DNA from: Azolla caroliniana
Lineage: Eukaryota > Plantae > Polypodiophyta
Assembly (NCBI GenBank): GCA_043228905.1
Contig: JBHGNT010000001.1
Span: 16,244,001-16,308,000 of the forward strand
Length of the DNA: 64,000 nucleotides
Direction of reading: 5' to 3'
Each line of letters begins with the position of its first letter. Positions within the stretch are counted from its first letter, which is position 1. Of the stretch, positions 34,270 to 48,300 are shown piece after piece. A program made the position numbers and the translations under genes. Below the pieces are notes generated by a model that saw nothing but the letters and a program-made list of their open reading frames with translations, did not search any database and had not been told where the DNA came from.

Positions 34270-37200
34270 TGTTGAGAATCAAGCTCAACTTGGTCTAGTG
34301 TGTGAACTCACCTTGAGAGTGAATAGATACTCCAACGGTCAAGAGTCACCATTAAGTCACCTCTTTGTATTCTAGCATTTAGTATGAGTCATAGAATCAT
34401 ATTCTATGACACATAACTTATGAGCTTTCACATTCCCCATGCTCCATGAGTCTTGTAGTTAATGAAGAGAGAGGGTGACTGCATAAAGCACCCTCCTCCC
34501 ACCTTGTATGTTGTTGAGTCTTTCTCCTTTGTCAATATACTTTTACCTTGCGTATTCTTTGTGTTTCACTCACTCTCTCTCTCTCTCTTTCTTACACACA
34601 CACATAACTCACATCTCTTCCGCTTCACAAGAATCATATCCGATTCTTTACATGGTATTAGAGCGATTTGGTAGCTCGATCTAGCCCATTCGCCTCATCG
34701 TGATCGTGTGTTGTGCTCTATGCCGACGACCAAGAACCGGCTCATAGCTATCGTAGCTTCGCTACATAGCTCGCATTCGAAGAGAGAAGAAGAAGAAGAA
34801 GAATCGACATAATGAATACTCAAATGGGGAGCGCTCTCCCTACCGAGAAGTTGGATCGAAACAACTTCGCATCTTGGGAGTACAAGATGCACCAATACCT
34901 TGTCGGACAAGGCTATTGGAGCTACATCAAAGGAGCGGCTCCCGGATACGCGACATGGGAGCAAGCCGCAAGCTGCGTGATGTATTGTTTGGTGACATGT
35001 GTTCACAACCACATGCTTGGTTACATTCGAGAAGCCAAGACGCCGAAGGAAGCATGGGAAAATCTACGAAAGATTTTCTCCGCCAACACGACCACAAGGA
35101 AGCTTCAACTCCGCCAAGAGTTGAACAACATTCAACAAAGGGACATGTCCATCACGACATACACCTTGAAGATCAAGGAGCTTTGTGACTCGCTCGGCTC
35201 AATAAGCGTAAGTATAGATGATGATGAAATGGTGCAAATATGCCTCGGTGGCCTCGCACCACGGTTCGGCGCGATGCGAACCACCGTTCTAGCACGGGAG
35301 AAATCTCCCTCCTTCTTCGAGCTCCAATCAATGCTATTGGTCGAAGAAAACCACGTGCGTACAAGGAGCAATGAGTCGGAAGGCCACGTGCTCTACACGC
35401 ACTCTAATGGAGGAAGAGGACGTGGGCGAGCGAGAGGCCGATTTGGCCAAGGACAAGGCGGACGAGGTCCGACCTACGACAACAACTCCCAATTTCGGCC
35501 GCAAAACGGAGGCCAACGAGGAACCTTTGCAAGAAGGGGGAGCTTCCACTCCGGCCCGAGCCGTCAAAACGCAACTGAATGCGGATATTGCGGAAAGCTC
35601 AGCCACCACGAAGAAGAGTGCCGAAAGAAGATGCGTGAATCGGCTTCCACAAGCCGACAACTCACGAATTACGCACACAACTCCGACTACGAAGATTGTG
35701 ACGGAATGTATGCACACAACTCCGACCGTGGCGAAATGTACGGGCACAACTCCGACTACGAAGATCGTGGCGGAATGTATGCGCACAACTCTGACCGTGG
35801 CGGAATGTTCATGATGAAACATAGAGAAAACTCTATGTTGGCCGCTACCTCAACTAGTGCCTCCGGTCCGGAAGACGTATGGTTCGTTGATTCCGGTGCC
35901 TCGAACCATATGACATCGCATCAAGAATGGTTCCGAGAACTTCGAGAGCTGGACCGACCCGGCTATGTCGAAACCAAAGACGACACTACGCACCCGATTT
36001 GGCACATTGGCAATGTTCCGTTCGGAAAAGAAGGTAAGCAAAATTACATTAAAAATGTCTTGCATGTACTGACCATTACGAAGAATTTGGTCTCCGTCGG
36101 CCAAATTGTAGAGCAAGGGATGCAAGTTCGATTTAATCAAGGCGGTTGCTTCATCGAAAAAGAGGGACGACTCATCGCACGCGGACGAAGAGAGGGCCGG
36201 ATGTTCATTCTCGATTCACGCGATATGAAATCCGCCATGTTCGCGTAAAACACAAAAGCCGACTCCGACATAGAGCTATGGCACAAGCGAATCGGCCATA
36301 TCAATCTCAACAAACTCAAAGCAATGAAATCGAAAGGAGTCGTCATCGGACTCCCGACATTCAAAGAGAAGGAGATTGAAGGTGTATGCGAAGCATGCCA
36401 ATTCGGCAAGCAACACTGACACCCATTCCCGAAAGAGGGGAACGTGAGCAAAGGTCTACTCGACGTAGTCCATTCCGACGTATGGGGACCGGGCGCAGAC
36501 GGCTACATTCGGCGGATGCCGATATTACATGCTCTTCATCGACGACTTCTCTAGGCACACTTGGATCTACCCGATGCGACAAAAGAGCGAAGTGTTCGGA
36601 CACTTCCAAAAATTCAAGAATGAAGTCGAGAAAGCCACAGGCCGACATGTACGATGCCTTCAATCGGATGGCGGCAAGGAGTACTTCTCGGACGATTTCA
36701 CGGCATATCTTCGAAAGAAAGGAATTCGGCGAGAATTCACTTGCCGACACACTCCGCAACAAAACGGAGTAGCCGAGCGCAAAAATCGGCACATCCTCGA
36801 AGTAGCGCGGACCATGATGAACGAGAAGCATATGCCCAAGTCATATATGGGCCGAAGCTGCAAATACGGTCGTTTACCTAATGAACCGGTGCACAACATC
36901 CGGCGTGCACGAGGTCACTCCGCACGAAAAATACTTCGGAAAGAAGCTAGACTTATCGCACATCCGGATATTCGGCGTGATAGCGTACGTACACATCCCC
37001 AACGAGAAGCATCAAAAGCTTGACCCGAAGTCGGAGAAATGTATCCTCGTAGGATACTCATTAGAGCAAAAGGGGTAGAAGTGTTACAACCCCTCAACTC
37101 GAAAATCTCGAGTAAGTCGAGACGTCGTTTTTTATGAGTCCGCATCCTGGTACGCACTAGAGACAACTCCGACTCCGACTCCGCTCAACCCGGAATTCAC

Positions 37201-37952
37201 CGAACAAGAGATCGAGGATGAAGATCGCCTTATGCGCATATTCGAAGAAAGTCCGATCACGACCCGATTGAGCGGACCACAAGAGCCTTTGAGTGATCAA
37301 AGCACATCACGGCCTAGCCTGAAGATGGACAAAGGCAAGGCGAAAATGTCGGAATACGAAGACGATCGCTTCAACGACGATGAGTCGACTCACTCACTCG
37401 ACAGTGAGTTCGGCGGTTTCGAGGTACCAATCGAAGCTAGAAGCCAACCCTCTGAGATAGACTTGTACCATTTCATCCTTCTCGATGATCATGTTGATGG
37501 AGGCAAGAGAGTCCTAGATCTCCTTGATCTAGGTAGTGTAATCGGCCACTGACAGATTGTTGAGAATCAAGCTCAACTTGGTCTAGTGTGTGAACTCACC
37601 TTGAGAGTGAATAAACACTCCAACGGTCAAGAGTCACCATTAAGTCACCTCTTTGTATTCTAGCATTTAGTATGAGTCATAGAATCATATTCTATGACAC
37701 ATAACTTATGAGCTTTCACATTCCCCATGCTCCATGAGCCTTGTAGTTAATGAAGAGAGAGGGTGACTGCATAAAGCACCCTCCTCCCACCTTGTATGTT
37801 GTTGAGTCTTTCTCCTTTGTCAATATACTTTTACCTTGCGTATTCTTTGTGTTTCACACACACACACACACACACACACTCTCTCTCTTTCTTACACACA
37901 CACATAACTCACATCGCTTCTGCTTCACAAGAATCATATCCGATTCTTTACA
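34270..37952 (+). mobile_element. Copia D: LTR-gag-PR-INT (truncated), duplicated host flank, then LTR; TSD CAGAT
   Basis: LTRs 34270-34652 and 37558-37952. PBS TGGTATTAGAGC 34653-34664. ORF 34812-36248 is Gag/PR. No RT, RH or PPT. CAGAT at 34265, 37553 and 37953. Confidence 0.88.
34812..36248 (+). CDS. Copia D Gag-protease ORF (478 aa) with YAHNSD tandem repeats
   Basis: LPTEKLDRNNFASWEYKMHQYL, CGYCGKLSHHEEEC, WFVDSGASNHM. Confidence 0.85.
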   Translation: MNTQMGSALPTEKLDRNNFASWEYKMHQYLVGQGYWSYIKGAAPGYATWEQAASCVMYCLVTCVHNHMLGYIREAKTPKEAWENLRKIFSANTTTRKLQLRQELNNIQQRDMSITTYTLKIKELCDSLGSISVSIDDDEMVQICLGGLAPRFGAMRTTVLAREKSPSFFELQSMLLVEENHVRTRSNESEGHVLYTHSNGGRGRGRARGRFGQGQGGRGPTYDNNSQFRPQNGGQRGTFARRGSFHSGPSRQNATECGYCGKLSHHEEECRKKMRESASTSRQLTNYAHNSDYEDCDGMYAHNSDRGEMYGHNSDYEDRGGMYAHNSDRGGMFMMKHRENSMLAATSTSASGPEDVWFVDSGASNHMTSHQEWFRELRELDRPGYVETKDDTTHPIWHIGNVPFGKEGKQNYIKNVLHVLTITKNLVSVGQIVEQGMQVRFNQGGCFIEKEGRLIARGRREGRMFILDSRDMKSAMFA

Positions 37953-39332
37953 CAGATCTTTTTGTCGGACATTGCTGAGCTCCTGCTTGAGTTGCAGCTT
38001 CCTGGCCGTTGTGTTGGCGGGAAAAATATGTTTAAGATTCGCCCACACATCTGTTGGCATCTTGGCGTCCCGGATATAGCTCAATAACTTGTCACTCAAA
38101 TAGGATGTGGAGCAGTATAAGACTCTACTCGCCACCTGTTCCTAGGTCGAGAAATCTCTGTGTGTTGACTCTAGTGCTGCATCGTTAGCTCCTTCGACAT
38201 AATTCTAGTACTTTTGTCTGAGGAGGTACTGGTGCATATTGTATGACCAAGATGTGTAGTTGCTTCTATTGAGCTTCTTCGTTGGAAGCGAGCTTCCCAT
38301 GCCTCTGCCCATGTTCTTATCTTTTCTTCTCTGGAAGACAAAACTCGTCTTTGTGCTTGTTCACGTGTCGACTGCAAAGGATTCTTCTAACCCTCGTGCT
38401 CTGATACCATGTAAAAGATTACATGTGGAAGCGTTATGTGCGAACACGGCCAACTCAGCTTGACAACAAAGAGCAAACAATTAGGAATACACAAAGTAGG
38501 AGAGAGAGAGAGAGCAGACACAAAAAACTTTTATTACAAAAATAATGCTCAGTACATACAATGTGCTCACGAGAGCACTTTTTATACAAGCCCTAACGAG
38601 TAGGTTGACACAAGTATTATCAGTACTTTAATGCTCATGAATGAGCATGACGCTAATTAGACTATAATAGGCCTATTTACTAAAATAAGCATATAGGCTC
38701 CCTAACGGTCTGTCAAACTCCATCCGACTCGACTAATTGATTCGGCTTATGGCTTATTTAGCCGATCAACGTTCGTCCGTTTTGGCTCTTGGCTTCTTTA
38801 GTTGATTCGGCTCATGTTGAGCTTTGTCTCTCAACATACTCAATATTGAAGAAATTTCTTAGGGAGACCAATTGAGACGTGAGTTCTCAGATATGGACAG
38901 TCATATCCAAGAATGCAAGATTGTCATCAAATAGATGCATGCACACACACACACACACACACACACACCGACCCACTGACCCACCCGCACACATTGGAAA
39001 TGGAAGCAAATAGGTTATTGGCAAAAGTTTGAGCAAATGAATGGAATACATGATGATGATGATGATGCATGTATGTTCTTTCCCTCAACGTATTAGAAAC
39101 TGAATAACATGTCCTTTTGCACGAAATTTCATGTCGCAAACATGAACATTTGTACAGGGGCAGTCGCAGAAATAAAGAAAAGGGAGGGGCCAATACATAC
39201 ATGAAACAAGAGACGAGCAAAACGGAGGCTTTCTTTAGTTTTTTTTGAGCGGGAGCTGGCTCTGGTTCTGGTTCGAAGGTAATTGAAGCCCGTGTTGATC
39301 TGAATCAGGAGCAGAGAAACAGAGGAGGAGGA

Positions 39333-42300
39333 ATGGAAGTCTTCCGCGAACAGATGCTCTTCCTTCTTGACCAAAATCTATTCGAATCGGCCGAGATTTT
39401 GGTTAGTCCGTCAGTTTGTTCTTTTGTTTGTTTAAGGGAGAGGTAGAGAGAGAGGGTTTAGGGTTTAGAGAAAGAGGGGAAGCAAGGAAGATAGAAAGAA
39501 AAAAATAGCAAAAAAAAAGGAAGAGTTGAAAAGAAGGAAAGAAAGTTTTATTAATGTTTGCCAAGAGGACGGAATACGCCTATGAAGCAAATATATCAGT
39601 GATTTTCTAGTTAATGATATGAATCCTGTTTGAGCACATTATCCCGCCATGAAGTGGATTGAGCTGAGTGTTTAAAATATTAAGGCAGCAATTATAATCT
39701 GCTTGCTTTCACAACCTTTCTGAGTGGCATGTGAAAAAACTGTAGACATAAATCTGGTTGACATGGTTGGTTTTTGTGTAGGGTTCTTTTTTACTGTCTG
39801 CAATTGGTTCAAGCATAGACTTTTCTGCGGCAGCAAGAGCAGAAAATTTGGTAAGGGGTCCATTTCGGTTCTACAAATCTCTGTGGCATTTGGGAACATT
39901 AAATTTTGATGGAAAAATTCTTCCCAAAATTTCCATGCATTTACCTATTAACATGAGGTTTATTGGTCTAAGCAGCAGGCTATTTTCAGTACACAGATAA
40001 TGTCTTGATTTTTCTACGATATAAAGAATTCTATAACAATGCTTATGAATTGTGAACATTAACCATATCATATGCACTTTTACCAATGTTTATTCTAAAA
40101 TGTCAGGTGAATGTATGAACATTCTATAGCAATAATGTATTTGGCTATTTTGCAGATTCTGTTTGCAGATGCACTATATGGAAAAAAGGAATACAAAAGA
40201 GCATTGGTAAGACTTATCAATCAACATTAACTTATATTTTGATAGCATCATACTATTTTGGTAGCAGTATATGTGATACCTCATCTATATAGAGAATGAA
40301 TAGAGTGGGTGATTGTGGGCATCATTGTTTTACTCCGATTGTGCTAGCCACAGCCTCTGACAAACCATTGTGAGACCACTCTTTTTCTGACACGGATTCA
40401 TAGACTGTAAAAATCTGGCTAGAAAGCAAAAATGTGCAGAAATTGTAGCTGATTTACTCATTTTTCCCGGATGCTCAACGGAAAATACTTTGGAAGTCCC
40501 ATTCATGGGTTTTAATGCTAAATAGGCTTAAGCTGTTGGCTATTTTTGTTTGTTTATGTAACATTCTCTCGTGGTGAAGTTAAGCTAAATTTGTGCTTCA
40601 ATCAGGTTTTATGGCTCTCAGAAGCTCCTTAGGCCTATTTTAGTATCCTTGTAGCATGAACATAAACATTATCTTGCATGTACATAAAAGGTAGTTGCAT
40701 GAGCCCAGCATTGCTTGCACAACCTTCGGTTGCAACACAGACACATGTGCCAAGTGAGCTACCAATAGTTTTGGCAAGTGGGTATTGTACTTGTATGTAC
40801 ATAAACATTATCTTGCATGTACATAAAAGGTAGTTGCATGAGCCCAGCATTGCTTGCACAACCTTCGGTTGCAACACAGACACATGTGCCAAGTGAGCTA
40901 CCAATAGTTTTGGCAAACATTAAACATTCCCTTATATCGCCTTCATATATATTGTTTCCAGAAGGTTCCACAACACTCTGGAACCTACATACTTGTGTGA
41001 CACTTGATGCAATCTCATCCTTTTAGAGTGGCACAATCCTGACCGTTGGTCTAGAAGTGAAGTACTCTCTTTTCCAACCATTCCAGTTCAATGCAACTTT
41101 GAGTGTTCTGGGCATTTTCTCATGGTTTTCCTTGCCTTCAGGCCAATGTTGGGTATAAAGGTCCAAGAACTCTCCATTTGTGTATTTATAAAGACCCTTT
41201 CACACTATAGTTCACTTAATAGCTTCTATGACATATTTGGGTCACTTGTCCATTGTCACTTGAATCAAGTGCCCTAAATCACATTCTAATAAAAGAATAT
41301 GGTTTTGCCCCGTAAAATAGATTATTGGGGGGCTCCATAAATATGTGCATCTCCTCCCTCTCTGTTTTGGTTTTCTTTGCACCTAGTCACAATTACACAT
41401 AGATGGTATCAAAATGAACCTCTGAGAAGTGAGAAAAAGGCCTTACTATTGCATTGGAGAAATGAGATGTTTGGGTTCTCAAGAAGTACATTATTGACAT
41501 ATTGTTAAGATTGAATGCGTCTCTATGGGGTTGAAGTATGGGGTGGTAGCATCCCTAAATTGAAACTGTCCAAAGTACTTCTGTATGAAGTTGGCAACTT
41601 GGCACCATTCCAATGAGTTAATTGTATACAATGGATTTGGGAGCCCTTGAAAGCAAAAGTACTCAATATTGAGACTTATGTCATGAAGACATTTGAAAGA
41701 ACAAGAAAACACTCAATCTTGGTTGCTGAAATGGAAGAATTGTTCTTAGCACATGTGATAATTATAAATGCACTATCCATGTTCCAGTTTATTTTTGAAT
41801 TTCCACACTTAGAAATGAACAAAGTGAAAAAAGTACAGTGATCCAAATTGATATCATTAAATTGGATAAGGAAAGGTGGATCAGCCCCACAGTGCCGCTT
41901 AGTAGGAAGATGATGAACTATAAGACCCTATTTTTTCAGTTGTGGCACATTGGGTTTATAATCAGGCACACTGCCTCTTCACACAAGGCTTTGGCTATGC
42001 ACTCCACAAGGTAATGGAATATGAATACTAATAATGCTTGTGACTGTTATTGCTACAAAACATGATACAGAGAAAAGTTGTTGAAGGAAAACCATACAGC
42101 CACAAAGCCATATCATCAAAGAATTTTTGTCCTTTAGCACCAACACCTCTTCCCTCTCTCTCGTCCGACAAGTCAATCAAAGGCAATCATTGAGCGCTCA
42201 TGTTCTTGTAGATAATCCAGACGAATGGTATTGTCTACAAATTAAAGTTACATGCTTATCTATACCATTGGCTTGGAAATTGAAACAATCACAAGGTTTG

Positions 42301-45300
42301 CTCAAATGCTAATTGACAAATGGGACTGGAAAATCATTGGGCCTAATTTTGAAATAACCTATTGTATGTGAGATTCAAATGAAAATTGACCTCACACTAG
42401 TGGCGAGTGATGGTTTACCACTCTCCCAACAATTGAGATTGATGTGGAGCCCATTTATAATATTAGGATCTCAAACAAATCTGTTTGTCTACAGCTGTAA
42501 TCAATTAATTATATTCTTGAAATTTTGTCCCAATTATGATGTAGAACATATACAGACAAGCTCTTCAGCAATCTAGAGTTGGTCCAAAACAATCCCTGAA
42601 CAGTGGTGGCAGAGCTGCATCACAGGCTGCCAGTAGGCCATCTTCAGTTAGTCCAACACAAGTTCCATCAATCAATGAGCATGAAGTATATATTCAACAA
42701 CACCTTGGTGCCTTTTTATATCCCTTCATGATAAGGTGCTAATGTTATTGCTTTAAATATGTACTGTCTAGGTGAAGTACAAGATTGCACTATGTCATTT
42801 GGCAGTGAATGATACACGAGCTGCACTTTCAGAGGTAATATGACCTACCTTATAATGTGGGAAGGAAATTTATGTTTACAGAATACTCATAAATTTGTGA
42901 TTCTATTTGTAATCTCAATGAATGTTAGATGGACGTGATACCATTAAAAGCCAGGACTATACGTATCAACTTGACACTTGCACGACTTTATCGAATAACT
43001 GGATGTGAGAGAGCTGCCATTGCTTCCTACAAAGAGTGTCTCAGGTTATTCTATGTTCTCCTTTTGAATGTAAATGCATTTCGTTACTCAATTCCTAGTT
43101 GGGACAGTGTAAGAATTTACTACTTCATGTTTTTCCTTGATTGAGTATGCCATGCTTTCATAGAGGACGCAACATGGTTATTACCAGTGTCACTATCCAA
43201 TGATAGTAACAACAAATTACTAACAATATCTATCTATATGTAAACTCGATATATATGGATAGACACAATGTATATTTTGGAACACTGATGAGAATATGAT
43301 CACTTGATAAATTAACATTTTGATTTTTATGGCCTGAACCATATTGTACAATATTAAGATAAACAAGTAATCTTTAAAATATCCTGATTCAGCTAAATAT
43401 AATGTCATTATATATTGCAGGCAATGCCCATATGCTATGGAAGCGATAATAGCTCTGGCAGAGCTTGGGGTAACACAGAAAGAGATGCAGCCTCAGGTGA
43501 AGTGGCAATGAGAATCTGTAGTGTGATTGTCTTTCAGTTAAATTTAGCTGGTCAAAGTATTGTGATATTTTGCTTGCCCTCCCATGTGGGTATATTTATT
43601 TCAGGTCCAATCTAAAAATACAAGGCTGACAAATGATCATCTTGATCAAATCCGATGGTTACAAGTGAGCATCAATTGCCTTTACTGATTATTTGGATCC
43701 TCATCTTTATGAAATCACTTCTCAATCTAAGATTTCTTTCATCTCTCTCTCTCTCTATTACAATATATCTGTCTTGAGAATCTTGTGTATAGATGAAAAG
43801 ATTATTTAGTCACATCTTATTCTTTTTCTATTTACTTTGCTAATTAGATTTAGTTTGGTTGGTTGATCTCATAGATGAGACAGCATTTAAAGATGTTATC
43901 TCTTGTTTGGTGTTCTAGGCCATTCTGGGCTTTTAAAAAACGTTAATATATCTTTATTTGGTTATCTCTTTTTCATGCTTTTGCTCTTGCTGTGTTTGTA
44001 GGTTTTGTTTCTGCTGCATTTTTAGGTTTTTTTTACTGTGTTTATAGGGGTTTGAATGTGCTGTTTTTCTAGGATTTCAGTTTTGCTGTGTTTTTAGGAA
44101 TTTGTTTCTGCTGCATTTTCAGTGTTTCTATGTCCTGCATTCTAGGGGTGGTTTTTAGGAGTTTTGTTTCAGCCAGTATTGCGTTTTTAGGATTATTTTG
44201 ACTTCTCTAATATTCAAGTACTCTCTCTCTCTCTCTATTTTGAAGATACGTTGAAAAACACAAATATTGCTATGTATACAGAGACTCACCAATGCATGCC
44301 TAGCAAACTCCTCGAGGTACAAGGATATAGAGGAAACACTAGAGGTTCGGGAGGAGTGGCTGTGCTATACAAAAAGGAGCTCCATGATAGAGTCCATGTT
44401 GTCCATAAGGATGTAGATGCACGCTACATGTGGATACAAATAAAAAGAGGGGATCTTAGGGAGTTATATATTGCAATTTGCTACTTTCCACCTGCCTACT
44501 CAAGGTTTGCATCTCTAGGTGAATCACCATATCTACCTCTATATGATGATATCATAAGATTTGCTACTATGGGGGACATAATACTATTAGGAGATTTTAA
44601 TGCACGAACCAAGGATGAACAAACAACTATGTTTAACACCAACAAGGCTGTTTATGGAGAAGTTATGGCAGAAGAGATTGGTCTAAAGCGACAAGCTCAA
44701 GATATGACTGCTATAACTAAATATGGAAATCACTTTCTAGCCTTGGGAAGTGCGCATGGATTTGTGATATATAATGGCGTGTCACAATGGCCTGGATCAG
44801 ATGCTTTGACATGTTGGAACCCAAAAAGGGGTTCAAGCACAATCAACTATCTAATGGGATCTCCATCTCTTACACCTGAAATAAAAGTGTTCACTATATC
44901 GGGTAGACCTATTCGCTTGGCAGCAGATCATGCATATCTACGCTTCGAGGTAAACGATGGATGCACAAAGGATGTATATGCTAAGGAGAGTGGGCTGGTT
45001 AAGTATCTATTTACTCGCGAGAAAATTGATGTGTATAGTTGTGGTGTATACAATGTCATGCTAGATTTGGATCCTTTCGCACCCCATGAAGAACTTACCC
45101 AAGGATTGTCCAAATCATTGCATAAAGCAGCTCCAAATCATTGCAAATGCCTTCCTTCACACAATGGCCAATCCCCTCAAACATGGTAGAGTAATACAAA
45201 ATAATTGGTATGATGAGGAATGTCGTGATACAAGGAGATGCTTGCAACGTGAGGTAACTCGGGGGCATTTATACAACACAATTGGTGTGGCATGAATATG

Positions 45301-48300
45301 CAAAGGTTCTATATGCAAAGGTTCTATATGATGGTAGCAACACCTATAATAACCGAGGCATTGTTCCGATTAGTGACATTTATCCAACGTCTTTGGGAGC
45401 TCTCCCTACACGAAGTTACTTAAGGTTGGCACTGATGTCATCAAGACAACTGGCTGAAAATGGAGACACTCATTGTTGGTATGCTGAAATGCAGCAATGG
45501 TTCGAGTCACATGGCATGAGTATAAATGCACTACCCCCGTTCCAATATAGCTTGGACTGTCCCCATCTAAATATGACCAAAGCGGAAAAGAATAGAGTGA
45601 TCTGAACTAATATTATTAACTTGGAAAACAAAATAGCATGGATCAGCCCCAAAATACCACTTGGTACCAAGGTGGCCCACTATAAGGCATGCTTCTCACA
45701 TACATTGGAGGATGGATTCGTCATCAGGCCACCTTATATGGACATACATCTATCCTATGCGCTGCGTAGTGTGATAGGGCAGCTGTGAACTTCATCACAT
45801 CAGGTACAGATTGAAGTAGGCAGATATACGCGACTATCTCTAGAACAGAGAATTTGCCAATTATGTCATGAAGGAGTGGAATCTGAGGAACAATATGGTT
45901 GTGAGTGTAGTGTCTTTTATGAAATCAGAGGGAGATACCATTGCGTCTTTAAACAAGGTTTTGGCCCACTACGCAAGGTAATGGAATATGAGGACCAACG
46001 ATGCCTAGGACTTTTCTTGATAGAGCTCAGGAAACATCGGGAAAGTTGTTGAAGAATACACCCACACAAGCTGACCCACAATGAACAATCACAACTTTCT
46101 TTAGCCCCATCACTCCTAATGCTAGAAGTCAACCCGGGATACACAAATGGGCTTCAGACCAGGACATAACAAAGGGGTTACAATTGATCGGGCAATAGCA
46201 ATTTGCCGTGCACGTAGGCCCCGGCCCCATGGAACACGACCTCAACACCCTTGTCATCGACAGGGAAAAGCCATTATCTCTCGCCATTGTAGGTGCTTCC
46301 CTCGCTTCGGAGACATTTCCTTTCTGGATCGACCTATGCTAGAGATCTTTCGAATACAAAGGCTACAATATATCTAACTTGAGAATCTCACATGTGCCGA
46401 AAACCAGATTCCCTCGTCTCTTTTTTTCTTATATACTTTTATATTTATAGAGTATTATTTACTTATTTTTTTGATTTGTTGTTCTCAAAGACGAGACAAT
46501 ACTTAAGATGTAACCTCCTATTTGGTCTTATAGGCCATTTTCGCCTCTTAAAAGACGTTAATATATCTTTCTTTCTTCTTTCTTTCTATTCCATGTGTAT
46601 TGATTGTTCCTAGTACAAGAAAGTAAAAGAGCATGAAAAATATTTAATTCGAGGCCACCTACCACACAACTGACCTCATCTCAGGTGTGGCATGAATACA
46701 TAAAGGTACTATATGATATCTTTGAGCAGCTCTCCCATCCCCATCCATATGGCTTATGCCCTCATGAATCTACCTTTTTTACACCACACATTGTAAGAAA
46801 CACCGTTGATTGGTTCCAATTTGGAAAGACCCAATATCATGATGGATTGTTAATTGAGCACTTTGTCTATGCCCATGACATATTACTTCCACTGCTAGCA
46901 CACGTTTAATAGAGCTATGGGTGAAGATTTCCCTACTAGATGAACAGATTATACCATCATACCAATCTTCAAGTGTGGGGAGTCCATGATATTGAGCGAT
47001 TACATGGCAATCATAATTAGCCATTACTTAGCTAAACTAATCCTAGAGTCAGAATAAACGTGCATGGGTAGAGAGGAATGGCTTTCGTTCACCTGAAAGG
47101 CAGGCTTTTGAAAGGGGTTCACAACTTTGGATTACAGATTGACTGTCCGAGTCTTTATCGAGGAGGAGGAAGCCCAGAAAAGGAGGATTTATTACAGCTT
47201 TTTGGATTGCTGAAAAGCCTTTGACACAAGTATGTGCTCGGCTCTTGCAGTGGCTAGAAGCCCTTGGTGTCCCCATAAATATGCAATGGGTAGTCTGCAA
47301 TGTATGAATCCATGGCAGCAAACGTGCAATCTTTCAATGGGTTGTGAAAGGCCTTGGCTAGCACAATTGGAGTAAAATAAAGCTGCCTAATTTTACCCAC
47401 TCTCGTCGGTTTTTGTGTAGATGAGCCATTATAATACATAGAGAGATCTGTTGGTTCAGGAGCATTCTTAGTGTGTATAGCAACACTGATATTACTATAT
47501 GCTGTGGATGACATTGTGCTGATCTTAGACTCCCCAGGGACTACAAAGACATCTAAAACCTTTTAAGATTGTTTTTTCTGGACATCTAAAACCTTTTAAG
47601 ATTGTTTTGTACGGATAACCTTGATAAAATTGAAGTGATGGTTTTTGCTGATCTTAGACGCCCTAGGGACCACAAAGACATCTAAAACCTTTTAAAATTG
47701 TTTTGTACGGACAAATGTTTGCTGGTAAACCTTGATAAAATTGAAGTGATGGTTTTTGCTGATCTACAAAGATTGTTTTGTAAGGACAAATGTTTGCTGG
47801 TAAACCTTGATAAAACTGAACTGGTGGTTTTAACACCCACCCAAACATGAGTAACGAGATCAGAACCAAAATTCTTCTCAGAAGAGGAAAAAGTGACATC
47901 AGTCCTTATAGAAGGCTGCATGTTCTTGGTCTTCTTGTAATTATCCAAACCTTGGTGCTCTTGAAAGGCAATGTGCACATATGCAATTCCAAGAGTCACG
48001 AGCTAAGTTGTGGCTATTTGATACGCTTGCCACTCCAACTCTTCTATACAGAGTAAAAACTTGGGGACCAAGTGTTCCAAAGGTAAATAACTGGAGAGAT
48101 TTGAATAGATTTTTAGTCTCAATCAATGCCAGCATGATAGAGAGCAAAGCATCACTGCCCTATGATATAATTCAGGTGGAGATGGGAACAACCCCAATAC
48201 TAACTAAGGCATTATTTTGATTGGTCGCCAGTATGCAATGGCTTTGGAAACTCCCTAAGTAAAAGTACTCAAGGTTTGCACTTATGTCATGAAAACAACT

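Larger units (their letters stand above)
6055..38836 (-). mobile_element. Copia C: outer host of the nest, 3'-truncated. Pieces 38410-38836 (5' LTR), 37953-38409, 33618-34269, 12315-13140, 6055-6516
   Basis: Met-i PBS at 38398-38409 (-). Gag (LPTKKLNRSNY..), zinc knuckle CWYCGLKGHRETKC, protease EVWYV|DSGASNHM joined across 33618/13136, integrase ending AYVHVPKEKRRKLDAK..GYKC at about 6055. RT, RH and 3' LTR are absent. Confidence 0.8.

Noticed and set aside
35670-35810. CRISPR-like or regulatory repeat array
   Set aside because: In-frame YAHNSD peptide repeats in Gag without unique spacers. The window is eukaryotic and has no cas genes.
39453-39468. Interstitial telomere
   Set aside because: Only two units, better read as a telo-box.
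40300-42400. Possible ancient antisense LINE in intron 3
   Set aside because: Only vague motif hints and no alignable domain could be read by eye.
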